DNA of 63,643 nt, counting the filler, from Collodictyon triciliatum (taxonomy: Eukaryota), in the NCBI GenBank assembly GCA_043381765.1. It is 5 parts of 5 records of this genome, joined end to end, with 100 filler letters (N's around TTAATTAATTAA, not from the genome) between each part and the next. Parts side by side here need not be neighbours in the genome. Positions count along the whole stretch, not along the records: positions 41,949 to 55,848 come from JBHJMP010001900.1; positions 55,949 to 63,643 come from JBHJMP010001948.1; 3 more parts are not named here. One strand, 5' to 3'. The first letter of the stretch is position 1, and each line of letters starts with the position of its first letter. Shown in pieces: positions 51,201-63,643 of this stretch. The position numbers and the translations under genes were made by a program. The notes beneath the pieces were generated by a model. The model worked only from the letters and a program-made list of their open reading frames with translations. It searched no databases and was not told the DNA's origin.

Positions 51201-54190
51201 AGAATCCAGAGACAATAACATTATCAGCCGTTATTTTACCCAGACCACCGATATAATTCCATGTTTTCGAACCTATGAAAATTGAGCGTGGATAATCTCT
51301 ATATCATCTGCTATCATTTATAAAAAACATATAGAAAAATCTACAAGTTTAAAATGAGAACCAATATTTTTTTTCCATTATTCGATTCAAAATGAGCACC
51401 AAGATTGTTGTATATACCTTCATAAAAACACCGTATTTCTCTTTCAAGATATTTTTCTCCGTATTCTATAGTGGTGTCCATGTAACAAAACATCTCATTC
51501 ATGGAAAATCCAAATGCGTGTGTCCTTGTTTTGTTTGAGCCATCTCTTACATTAATTACATAGTGGCTTTTATCTTCCATGTCCAATACAAATATATCTT
51601 TTGAAATGCTTGTTCCGTTTGTGCTCATCCCTCCCCAAATAATCATCTTGAATCCAATTATTGAATAGAGGAAAGAATATCTTGCATCCAACGATTCGTA
51701 CGTGTTATGGTTACATTTCATATTTTCCCACGTTTTATTGCCTATATAGAGTATTTAAACATCTGAACAAAATTTTTATAGACAAATTCATTGAGATTCT
51801 GCTGGTGAAAGGAAAATAAGTTACCTATATGGTATTGTTTCATAATTGGCAAATCGTTTTCAGGAAAGTATCCACCAATCAAGTAAAATACTCTGTCATA
51901 ATATCCGAAGCCCTGTCAGAATAAAAGATAAAAAGAGTCGTTTTTTAATTAAGATTTCAAAAATTCGTGTTTGGTTTTGGAATACATTTTCAATTGGATT
52001 GTTCATTATTAAGACGTAACCCCTACCGCATCAATGACACTCGGACCACAATCCGACTGACGAGGAAAACAGACGGACTCTTGAAGTACTCTATCCCATT
52101 TTTTGGAATCTAATGATAAGAGGAATTAAATGTGATTCCTTAAATTTTTTGAATGAGTTTATTAAACATTTAAAAAAATACCAGTGTAATATATCCACAA
52201 GTCGTTTATCGGCTGCTTTGTATCTAGATGCACAAGTCCTCCAAACATAGCAATTCTGGATTCATCCATCTGGGCTATGTGAGGCTCCTCTCTTCCGATT
52301 GGATACAGTGAGAGACTGCTATTTGTCCATCTTTGAATTCCTATTTTAATTTGAATTTATTGAGTGAGCAGATTTATGTAAATCTTGACTTGAATACAAC
52401 AAAGGGAGAATTATTTTTCTTAATTAAATAGAGATATACTAATTTCATTTTCTGGGTCGAATAAAGGTAAACTGAAAGGTGCATCAATCGAAAGTACCTG
52501 TATCGAAAACCCAGAAGTCATTCATCCTTTTTGTATTATGTCCACCCAAAATGAAAAATGAATCCCTTGAGAATGAGCCAGATACAAAGAATCGAGGTAC
52601 AGGCGAGCTTATGGGATAATTTGACATGAAATTTGGAACATCAGATGTCACGACTCGAGCCGTCATATTAACTATTTTATTTTAGAAAAGAACTTACTGC
52701 TTGTCATATTTTTAAATAATGCAAAAAAATTGGGTCAGCTTTAATGGGATAAAAACCAACCGAGATTGATTATGACAAGTTCATTTGATTTTTTGGAGAG
52801 ACCAAAGTCATATGAACCCCCAAAGACATAAAGGTCGTGCTTGTAAACTGATATTGCCGCAGTATACGTTGATACCACGTTTTCGAATTCCACAGGTTCT
52901 TGCCATTCATACGTTGCTAGTTATATTTTCGTTAGTTGTGAATGATTTTAGTAATTTTTCATTGATATTGAATATTGGCAAAGAGTACTTAGGTTAAAAA
53001 CCCATAGCGTAGGTGAGAAATAATAATAAATATCGCATCCTCCAAAAGCTACGATGGAATCCTCATAAGTTGTCATTTGTGTGTAAGAAAGCAAGGGAGA
53101 AAATATCTCTTTTTTCAGATTTGGTTTGATTTTTTTCCAAGAGCTTGTTTCTAAAGATAATTTTGTTGATACCTTTAATTAACAAACAGCTTGACTAAAC
53201 GTGTAAAAAAGTAATAATTAGAAGAAAATTGTCATACTGATATTGAATTCCCATAAATCTGAAACAGGATTTCCGTTGTAACCGCTCAGGATATAAAGCC
53301 TATGTTGATACGAAGCGCAGGCCATTTGAATTATGGGTTTTGGTTTGTTTTTTGAAGCATAAATCACTTTCTTCCATTCAAAGCTGTGTAAGTTGAGGGA
53401 GAACATTTCGTTTGAAGCAACCAAGCCCTCCCATGTGATTCCGCCAAATATGTAAATCTAAAAGAAAACCGTCAAATATTTGGGTTTTATAATTGAAAGG
53501 ATAAATTAACCTCATCGACACAAAACCCCTCCCTTGAATATACAGGAAAAAAGATAACCTCATCGCCCACTAGGTAAGCGCAATAGTATGTCCTCCTTTC
53601 AGGAATATTTCCAAAAGTTTTCGCCCAGGACCATTCCAATGATGCTAATTTCGATTTTATAGATTGATTTTTATCAAGACTACGTATAATTTATTGATTT
53701 TGAATTTACAATAGAATGTTGCAATTACCCGTGTTTAGCATCCACACTCTGTCAAAACGAGGTACTGGGTCGTCATACTCATTATTTTGACTGCAGAAGA
53801 TGGTGACATTGAATCAGAATGACTCCATGAAATGAATATGCATAATCTAAAAAGATAAGCGAATAAAATATCAAACTCGTCGCCCAAAAGGTATATTGTT
53901 TCATTCCTCGAAATTGTGTAGGCGCTTCGAAAAGGATTGGGAGCCATAGAAGAGTACTCCCATTCCACTTTTAATAAACGATTAAAATTATTTCTCATAA
54001 TTGACTTTCCACAACGCTTACTTTTTTTTTATTCAAAAGCATGGTTTTATATTGAATAAGAGAGGAATAAAATAAATGAATATTTAAAATAAAAACCTGA
54101 TAGTATGAAAACCACCGAAATTGGTATTGAAAAGAGGAATATCTTAATCGATCTTCGGCACAAATCGACAAACTTTCGAGGCTTTCTCAT
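42286..54190 (-). CDS. Receptor-type protein kinase: signal peptide, Kelch repeats, CUB, Cys-rich, Kelch repeats, CUB, EGF-like, TM, TKL kinase, degenerate class III cyclase domain, second kinase (3' truncated)
   Basis: Start MRKPRK...IFLFSIPISVVFILS; many Kelch GG motifs (IYLFGG, MYGGKDFSGNMLNDAWVY); CUB (CEGEYTVNSKVGTISDGSGGFSYYPGTKCIWNI; FDDGSGEAMYLENTNCTWI); TM MYGIIGGSIGAGIVIIIAVMMAYLYRKK; kinase 1 LGSGSFGEV/VAIK/HRDLKSLN/DFG/WLAPE/SDVYSFG; cyclase-like GLRVQM and GGQILLS; kinase 2 RGAFGSV/VAVKK/HRDLKPAN. Confidence 0.9.
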
Positions 54191-55848
54191 GACGAGCTGC
54201 TAAATCTCTCGAATAAAAAAGTATACTTTCATAATTTTTACTGCGCACTTTTGTTGTATGAATTGATTTTCCCTGTTTGTCTTTTTTCTTTTCTTTTTCC
54301 TTTCTTTTTCTCTTTTTCTCTTTTTCTCTTTTTCTCTTATTCCTTCTTTTTTTTCTATTCTCTATTTTTTCTTATTACAAGCCGCCTGTCCTTACCCATA
54401 TTCTCTGCCACAGATCATTCTTCGCTTTTGTTGACCCTTTGCAGAATATATTCAAAACGGTTTTCAATGAATTTTGACAAATATGGAAAAACCTGCGCGT
54501 TCGTATATTAAACCATTTTATAAGCAAAGGTAGCCTGTGGTTTTAAGGTGATAGAGAAGATTTTGGGAGTAGATGAATGATTTTTAGACGACAATGAATC
54601 AAAAATCAAAAGTAAAATAGCATAATAAAATAAACGAAATAAAGGAAAAATAATAGTGGTGCTTTGTAAAAAGCTGCATCCCCTTCTTTCAGTGAAAATC
54701 TCTCGTATTTGAAAGCCTCAGTAAAGGCTCCCCACACAATATCTAAAACATGAAAAATCACATGCCATCAACGCGAGGATGAAAACTTCAAGCATACGGG
54801 AGTCATCCAAATTGAGATAAACATATTTACCGAAATCATGCATGTCACCTACATTAAAACAAAGAAGACATTAGACTCAGATATTTCAATATGTGATGCA
54901 AAAGAGAGCGAAAGTCGAACCATTCAATCTGCTCCCCGGTAAGATTTAACTAGCATGCGATTTCTTCATTTAGAAATTGAATCATATAAGAAACAATTTT
55001 TTCTTTTTTTACAAATGATATCGCGCTGATTCTGTTAGATTTGACTCGATTCCTGTGTTTGAGTCATGGAAGTCCAGAGTTTTTCAGTCTTGGTTGTTTG
55101 TCCAGCGTGATGCCATATCCTGCTGCACTACCTGTACTATGATTTAGCTGTGGGAGTGCGCATTCATCGCGCAGGCTTTTGGAGTTTCCGGGCGAGAAAA
55201 TGGAGGTGAGAAGGAGACCTGATGCCACAAAGATAAAGAAAAGAAGTGTATCGCTACCAGACCTGTCCGATGAAGGGGACTTTCCGTGCAGGTCAAACAC
55301 AACTTTTTTTTTTAACTGGCTCCCAGAGCGAGTTTTCAGCACAGGCAGTATGTCCAACGCGACAATACTTTAATGATACTTAAATATTATAAAATATGAA
55401 TACGCAATTATATTTGTGATAAACATTGCTAACTATGAATCCTCACTTAATTAAAATCATTATATATATCCCACAATTGGCAATTGCTCGTTGACCAGCA
55501 ATCGCAACCGAATCGCTCATCGCAATCACAACCCACGTCGAAGTCCACACGCAGCCAAGCCTGACGCGATGATTGAGGAAAAAGAAGAGGGGATGCGATT
55601 ATTCATGCTTCTTGTCCGTCAGCTTCTTAGAAGACCAGATCCCCTTTACAACCATGACTGATCTTGGCCTTAACCAGGCATTAATTGAGACTATTTTTAT
55701 TATTATTTTAAAAGAGGAGGAATAATATAACAAAGTACACGCTGAGATGATCCAGCTGAACCATCACCGCCTATTTCGCCCCCACGATTTCACTCCAAAA
55801 AAAAACCAAAAAAAACCAAAAAAAACCAAAAAACCAAAAAACCAAAAA

Positions 55849-55948
55849 NNNNNNNNNNNNNNNNNNNNNNNNNNNNNNNNNNNNNNNNNNNNTTAATTAA
55901 TTAANNNNNNNNNNNNNNNNNNNNNNNNNNNNNNNNNNNNNNNNNNNN
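55849..55948. other. Artificial contig-joining linker
   Basis: N44-TTAATTAATTAA-N44. Confidence 0.98.
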
Positions 55949-56397
55949 GTTTGTTTGTTGCGGTGGAAACAAAAAGGAGGTGGGTGTGGCTTTCTTTTTT
56001 TTTTTTTTTCCCCCCCCCCCCCCCCCCCAATAGAATACCTCAATCATTTACGGTATATATTCATGTGATTCCATTTATACCTTATTGTATGATATATCAA
56101 GATTTAATAAGGAGGAAATACAGCAAACTGGTTCAGGAAGATCGACTAGCTATTCATCTCAAATGATCAAAATTAGAGAACCCGACAGTGAATATATGTA
56201 TACAGATGAAAACATAACAATATGAATAATTAGAAAGGAGAAATTACACAATTATGCCCAAGGCACAGATATGTTAGGTTTTGAAAGAGTGAGAAGCTCT
56301 CTGGCAATCCAGTAAGGTTCATCCCATACAGGGTCAAAGACCAAAATCTTGTCTGCAATGCAGTCGGTTCCCATCCCAGTTCCGCAATAGACATAAC

Positions 56398-57509
56398 CTA
56401 GGGATGAAGTTTGGTTAGAGCACGCGTAGAATGCTCCATGATTCCATCAACTACATGGTCGCAGAGTTGCAGCCCATCAATATGCCTGTATTTCTCTCTC
56501 CCTTTTTTCCAGCATGGAAGGCTCGTAATCTCGCTTGGCGCCCTCTTAATGCTGACTTGACCTCTATGGCCAATCAACAAGTCGGTCAGGTTCGAGAGGG
56601 CAGTGATTTGCAGCGGCAGCTCCTTCATCTGTGCGCAGCTAAATCAGAAAAGAGCTCGCCTCTCAACGCACACAATCACATACAATCACATACAATCACA
56701 TACACAATCACACACATAATTGTACACAATCACACATACAATCACATACAATCACACATAATCACACACACAATCACACACACAATCACACACACAATCA
56801 CACACAATCACACACAATCATGCACAATCACACACAATCGCACACACAATTGTACACAATCACACACAATCACACACAATCACACACAATCACGCACTGG
56901 GTTGCTGCAGACATCGAGCCGACTTAGGTTCGTCAGACGCGATATTCCCGGAGGCAGGAAAGACAGCTTGTTGTCATGCACTTGAAGCCGCACAAGATTG
57001 GTCAGGCACTGGATTCCAGGCGGCAGCAACGACAACTTGTTTGAGCAGACGTCCAGAATACTGAGGCCCGTCAAGCTTGACACTCCCGGCGGCAGGAAAG
57101 ACAGATCGTTGTGGCCAACGCGAAGGACTGAGAGGCCAGTCAGGATGGATACGTCTGGTGCCAACGAGGAAAGCTCATTGCTGCGCATATCCAAATGGAC
57201 AAGTCTCGTCAGCGCAAGAATCCCAAGAGGCATGCAGTCCAAGGAGAAGTCCCGCAAGTCCAGCTCTGTGCGGCTAAGAAGGCTGTTGGTGTCGCGATCG
57301 TCCGAGAGTTCGAGCAGATCGTCGAGAAGTTCGGCGTCGTTGAACATGGCAAGGAGACTTTGGTGGAGGCCGAGGTTTGCCTTCTGGTTTTGTAAGGGCC
57401 GAGGAGGCGGGTCTTCCCGAGGTTGTTGGGCGTTTGCAGAGCGCGGGTCCTTCTGGAGAGAAGGAACGAGTACGAGGAAACGTGGAAACTTTAAACGAGA
57501 ATGAGACAT
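56398..57509 (-). CDS. Leucine-rich repeat protein (23-aa LRRs), two exons (57509-56898, 56628-56398)
   Basis: Repeats LxxLPPGISxLTxLxxLDVxxNx; GT donor after CSNP, intron containing a TGTGTGAT satellite, CAG acceptor before MKELPLQITALSNLTDLLI. Confidence 0.85.
56668..56893. repeat. (CACACAAT)-type degenerate satellite in LRR gene intron
   Basis: Directly visible. Confidence 0.9.
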
Positions 57510-57901
57510 GATGCGGGTGGGTCGGGCTTCAAGGGTCCGCTTGATGCTGAAGAGGGCGCGGCTCGCTTTAATGGGTAGCTTCCAGTATTTGGAAATCGGT
57601 GATGATGGACGTAGGTTCGGTCGTGATGATAAAGAGCGTGCGAGGCAGTAAAGTGATGAAAGAAACTTTTGAGAGAAAAGAGGATGATAGAAAGAAAAGT
57701 AAAAAGAGAAACCAAGGGAAAGTGACCAGGATGTGATGGGAGTGCATCATCTTCTGTTTTGTGTTTCTAATCCATAAAACAGAATGCGCAGATAGAGCAC
57801 AGCACAGAGTGGGCAATAGCCCCTATCGAGTTTCCTGTTTCGAGGAAAAAGGGGACTTTGTAGTCGGAGGCTCTCTGGAATGTTTGTAGAACCAGGCGGG
57901 T

Positions 57902-60900
57902 TTATAAGGGATTTACGGCAGTGTATTTCTGTCAAAAACAAGTCCGTTAATATAAAACTACTGATTAAATGATTGAGGCTTATAAACTGCTTGAGTACAT
58001 CGTTTTTATTATCATAATTTAAATTGATATTTTAATTTACAAAACATCTTGAAAGTATTCACATAAATATCTGGGTTATATATTTTCTAAATAAACAAAA
58101 GAATAATTATGTTATATAACCAAGAAATTGCACATAGATTTTTTTTTGCAAAAAGCGCGAATGTAAAAACCACAATTCAAAGAAGCACAAAAAGCGAATT
58201 ACACTCACAGTTCTCGCCCAAGAGCAACTCTTCACAATTTCTTCATCATCGGAGCTCTGGGCTTGAGTAAAGATAGTCACCGCAACTTGAGTGGGAATGC
58301 GATTTACCATGCGGGCTTGAAGGACGTCATATAGATCGCTAAATATAGTAAATATATAAAAATTAAAAAAAATTGGAAAAAAACAGAAAAATCATGCAAA
58401 GTTATTTTGTTGCATTTTGATATAAAATTTGCTATGGCCAGGATAGCAAATTGAGTTCGAATATGGTGATTACTTGAGCGGGATTATGAAATTAGCATGA
58501 GTTTTTACCCAACAAGAGAAACAATATTCTGGAGGAGAGTGTCTGGTTTGTTGGGATCAGCAACATGTGCAGTAATCGAACGGACCAAATCATCGACAAA
58601 GAACATGAGATTGTCAAGGGCTATTTTGCAAAATTAATTAATAAGGGTGCTTTTTCAAAAGATTGATAATTAAAAGCAAAATAAAGTGGAAATAATCCAA
58701 AGGAATTCGTACCACCAGTATCACGGTAGCCTTGCAGAATCCCTGAAAATGATTCGTAGCAGCTCTCCCGAAGAGCGTAAGCGTATTCAGCATCATCGGG
58801 GTTTTCCTGTCATGATTAGTGTTTCTATTTTGTAAGAAGACTTTCACTGTGATTTCAGAACTTCAAGTGATGAAATATTCATTGGAAATGACTGAATAGA
58901 AAAAAAATAATCGTCAACAGGTCATATAGCATTGTTGTACGCAATCTTACCATGTTCATTTCCGTTCGGAGTGCCTCGAGCATCACCACAACAGTGGTTT
59001 GCAAATATGGAGTAAAATGCTGAGAGATACCCATGGCGACGTCTCCAAAGGTAGATATAATAGAGAGCTTCGCAGTCCTGTCGAGATCAGCATTGCTAAG
59101 GTTTTGCACCAAGATGAGCATGATTCTTTCTGTGTAAGGAGCCAGCTGACCCTCAATAGCACGTGTCAGATCACTTAATACACCAACAGCAGCAGTACAA
59201 ACCTATTATGAAGATTGGCTTTGTAAATGTTTTTAATTCATAAGCATGTTAGGGCTATGGATAACTTTGTAACAAGCTAAAAAGAAACCCGTTACAAATG
59301 ACCATTGACAGATATGTGAAAGGATGATTAGGCTCACTGTGTGTTCGGCACTGTTGGAAAGGCAGGTGCAAAGATAATCCACAAAGTGGGGTAGGTATGC
59401 AGCAAAGTTTGCCTTAATTGCTATGTGAGGGAATATAAAACTAAGCAAATATATTCTGCTTTACACCGACGGCGATAGTCTAAGTCATATTGAAAACACT
59501 AAAATGGTATTGAAGGGTGCGCATAAATTGCTACCATTGCAGAGATGTCCGATGGCCATAAGAGCCTCCTCATCGATAGATGCATTGCGGGTAGCGAAGG
59601 CTTGAAGGTACAACGTCATCAGTTGGTCAGAGTAAGGAGCAATCCGCTCATCCAGCTTTTGTGTGAGAGTGCCAAGGACACCACAGAGGGATGCTTGAAG
59701 AACTTGTTGGTGGGAGCGCTCAGCACTTCCCTGGTTCTATGATGGGCCATTTAGTCGATTCATCTCATGATGAAGTCTTGCGGAAGTTAAATCAACAGAA
59801 AGTGATTAGGATACTGCATAAGATACCGATAATAAATTGTTGTGGCGACTATTAAATATTACATCGACAGAGATAGCCTCACGAAGCTTCTCGATCATGT
59901 AAGGAGTGAGTTGCTCGGCAACAGCGATATTTTCGCCGTCGCAAGAATTGATGAGGGAGTTGATGGCCTCGAATGCGGTGGGGCGAAGGTGATTTTCATC
60001 GGCATCCGCTCTGTTTCAAAACAAAGAAGAAAAGAATAATAAATTAAACTAGAATTTGAACGGAATTGCGTCGCATAGACGACTTTGTAAAAATAAATAA
60101 TTAAAAAAAAGAAAAGAGGAGAGAACCAAATTCATGCTTGCCTGTTAGTAACTCCAATGAGGGCGGTGATCGTATTTCGGACAAACGGTGTTATTTTAGA
60201 AGGGTCTTCGGAGAGGGATTCGGCCAACGACATGATTGCATAGCATGCATTATAGGCGACATGGGACGAATCAGTAAGCTTAGATATAATTAGGTTGAGA
60301 AGTCCCTCGATAAAGCTGTCTGGGATGGCCTCGTGGTGGAATTCGCAGATGCGGCCGATAACCCAGACACAAGTGTCACGGATAACTTCATTCGGGTCGT
60401 TGGACAGAGCTCCCAGACTTTGGAAAGCCTGTAATTTTCAATATGAACAGTGAGCGTTTTACTTAATGTCCATGATATTAAGTTGGAGATCACCTTCAGA
60501 TGGTTCATAAGGCGAGGGTATTCGTGCGTATGCTTTGAATTTCTCGAAAGTAAGAATACAGGACACTGTACGGGTGGATAGAATGAAGAATCATGCCTGC
60601 TGAATGAGAGGGCGAATGGGTTCTCCAGTACCCTCCAGAATGGTCCCAAATGTCATCAAGGCAGCTTCTCGAGCGTGCCAATCCGGACTGGCGATGCTGC
60701 CCTGGATAAATGGAAGGACGAGAGGGATGATTTCGTTGCCAAGGAAGATGGCAAAGTAGTTCAAACAAGTTGCTGCAGCCATGGCAGGGTTCCATTCCTC
60801 ATCCAGGTCCTCGCTCTGCGTAATATAATAGCGTTTGTGTTTTGATAGATGAAATGCATTTTCCAAACATATTTCTTAATGTGAGGAAGTGGCATAATTC

Positions 60901-63368
60901 CAAAAGGAAGCGATATCATGTGATATTATACTTTGTAATATGTTTTGGAGTGTAAACAGTAAAATGGCATTGGTTGAAACGATTATTCATGTAGTATGCT
61001 CACCTGCTGCATCATCTTCTGCAACAGAAGGGGAATGATGGTACTGGCTCCGTGCTTTGTGTAATTCAGGCACGAACTGCCCTCTTCCGTCAGCTCAGAT
61101 TCAACCTCAGCCATTGTGCTCCAGAGTTCGATACCTTGAAGGGCAACATCATCGTTGGTGCTTTGAATGGCAGGAACGGTAATCTATAAGTGGACCATGT
61201 GAGAAGCAAAAAAACCATCATCCTCTAGGGTTCAAATCAGTAAGGTACAATGCCGCCCTTAGTAGAGAAAAAGGCAATAGGAGTGTGGTAAATAAAGAGT
61301 TATGAATGGGCTGAACTTCTGTCTAGGAGTGTTGGGATGGTCTGGTGCTCAACTCACAGCAAAAATCCGCTGAATAAAAGGGGACATGTGCTCGTAATAC
61401 TGATAAGTGGCAGTCACTAAGCAGGAAAGAGCAACTTCTTTCAGCTGAAGTTCTTGTGATTCAGCCGCTTCCATAAGAGAGTTCATAAGTACAGTGCGCT
61501 CATTCTAGGTTTGTTATGTAAATAATTAAATAATACCCATTTGAAAAAAAAAAGAATTTAACTTTGATAAGAAAAAAAAAGGTGAGAAGCTCATGGCCCA
61601 TCATGTTTCACTTGTACACCATTCAATAGATTTCATTTGATTATCGGATGTCAGTATGGCTGTTTAAAATAGGTCGGGGGCAGTGGTGGGTACCTCTCGG
61701 CCAAAGTTAGCTTCGATGTAAGGGAGGGCATTGAGCAACGCATTGCAAGCAACAACGCGGGTTGGGACGTCGTATTGTGGGCTGAGAGTTTGGCAGACGG
61801 CTGTAAGCATGGCATTAACGTCGGTCTCGGGAATGGTAACAGTGCTGTTCTCCTAATTATAATTCAGGGTTTAGTTGACTGATAGAGTGAATCCAAGAGA
61901 GGTAAAAGTTGCATCGTTGCAAAACCTCGACCTCATTATTCGCAAAGACATTTATTTAATGAGTGTTTGGAGGTATTTCAATTCATCTGGCTTATTTTGG
62001 CTTGTTATTTTTCTCATGTTGTATTTGCGCTGTACCATTTCTTCACAGATAAATCCCATGCTCTGGAGGCAGGCTTGGCGGAAATCAGGACTTTCGTGAT
62101 TCACACCAGCGCGGAGTTCCTGAATGATGTTTGGCCATTCGTTGCGGGTGATTTCGATCGAGACGATCTTTGCGAGTGCCTTAATGAAGATAATCGATAA
62201 TAAGTATGTATAGTTCATAAACCAGGGGATTTGGGGAGCACGTAGATACGTTAATTGGCCTTATAGCTTAGTGAAGTGGCTCTAAACGAACATACATTAT
62301 GTTGACATAAGCTATTCATACCATAGAAGCGGCGTTCCAAACATCGCGGCTCGGCACCAGCAAACTTTGAGTCACCTTGAGCAGTGAAATCGCCAATTAT
62401 CAAAGAGAAAGGATATGATGAACTCTTTTGCAAGATAGATGGATTCGTGAGTTACGTATCGGAATAATTACAAGTTGTTTGATTTGCATACGAGCAGCAG
62501 GGTCGATGGAGAGCCAGCGACTGTGATACAGCTCACGTTGACTCTCATCCTGGAAACAAAAGGGTTGAGAAGGTGGTGGACAAATAGAAAAAGTAAGGCG
62601 AGGCAAACAGTTTTTGGCAAGTTAGAAAGAACACGAGGGTGAAAAGGCCAGTGTTAGTAGGTTGCATACTTTGGCGTGCAGTGAGTTTTTGAAGATGATC
62701 CCAGCCAGTTGACGGACGGTAGGGTTGGACTGGGCATTGGCCAACTCCGAGGAAAGTGAAAGCAGATAACCAACCTGTGGGTATGGAGATAGTAAACAGT
62801 TATTATCTTTTAAACAGTTCCCATCTTACGTCTCAACATTGCACAGGCGTCACCAGTCCAGTGGCACTATTAAGTTACTCATAAAAGGAGGAGGAGGAGG
62901 AGGAGGAAGAAGAAGAGTTGCAGACATAAAAACTGTATTGAGTTAAGAACCAAAACGCCAATTTTCATTTGTGAATATGTTTTTCTCCATAGGCGGATTC
63001 TGGAGTGGTGATGGGAAGAAATAGAACAAGGTATACTACTTACAAAGTTGGCACCCTCTGCTTGCTTTAAAGCGTCTTCGGCAGCTTTGCGGATGTGCTG
63101 GTCTTGAGAGAGTATTTTATATTTTTGGGTTAGTACAGTCTGTTCTGTAGCAAAATATTGCGGGGATGCTTTCAAGCTCGTGGGCTCGTAACATAGTAAC
63201 TAAGTTGTGAAAAGGTATGAGTAAAACGAGGAGGTAAAGACGGCGTTATTCCAAATGGCTTTTCAACCAATTGGCGGCGGAAGGGTAGAATCAAAACGTG
63301 AGTTGCTGGAGAAAGAACAGAGGATTACCAGGGTTTTGTGACGCAACCAGGATTTCAGCGAGACTCAT
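57902..63368 (-). CDS. KPNB1: Importin subunit beta-1 (karyopherin beta 1)
   Basis: MSLAEILVASQNP|DQHIRKAAEDALKQ, VRQLAGIIFKNSL, EWPNIIQEL, RQACLQSMGFICE, VALQGIELWSTMAE, EDLDEEWNPAMAAATCL, WHAREAALMTFGTILEG, VIRDTCVWVIGRICE, IISTFGDVAMGI; exact last exon approximate. Confidence 0.95.
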
Positions 63369-63439
63369 TGTTCTTTGCTACGGTTGTTACGGGCGGAGCT
63401 TCTCGACTGGATGTGAATTATTCATTAGGACACTGCCAC

Positions 63440-63572
63440 TTTTTGTGTTTTTTGTGTTTTGTTGTGTTTTGTTGTGTTTTGTTGTGTTTTGTTGTGTTTT
63501 GTTGTGTTTTGTTGTGTTTTGTTGTGTTTTGTTGTGTTTTTTTGTGTTTTTTTGTGTTTTTTTGTGTTTTTT
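63440..63572. repeat. (GTTGTGTTTT)n 10-bp repeat upstream of importin beta
   Basis: Directly visible. Confidence 0.9.
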
Positions 63573-63643
63573 CATGCTTTTGTGCGCCATTTTGTGGGAC
63601 TGGGTTGGGTTCCTCGTCTGATTCATCTGTAGCTGTGTCGGAG

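Noticed and set aside
54540-55800. Possible small gene upstream of the receptor kinase
   Set aside because: Scattered splice-like sites on both strands but no coherent reading frame
34904-63368. Apparent signalling cluster: STAT, receptor kinase and importin beta
   Set aside because: The three genes are on different contigs separated by artificial linkers

Overview
AT-rich, intron-dense eukaryotic DNA. The gene content is amoebozoan-like, inferred from a Dictyostelium-type STAT module and a kinase-cyclase-kinase receptor. The window is not one locus: five unrelated contigs (1-13928, 14029-27842, 27943-41848, 41949-55848, 55949-63643) are joined by artificial N44-TTAATTAATTAA-N44 linkers, so adjacency across linkers means nothing. 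Hand-spliced genes: a coiled-coil protein and a polycystin-2 (TRPP) channel; a PB1 protein, a probable RCC1-WD40-multipass membrane protein split by an N gap, and an LRMDA-like LRR protein; N6AMT1/HemK2, RPN13/ADRM1 and an ankyrin-repeat/STAT fusion; a large Kelch/CUB receptor with TKL kinase, degenerate cyclase and second kinase; an LRR protein and importin beta. Best candidate for something new: the ankyrin-STAT gene (34904-37455), which has an intact SH2 arginine and a C-terminal tyrosine and sits in a sharp GC island whose G/C skew flips mid-gene. Exon models and domain calls come from manual reading and recalled motifs, not database searches.
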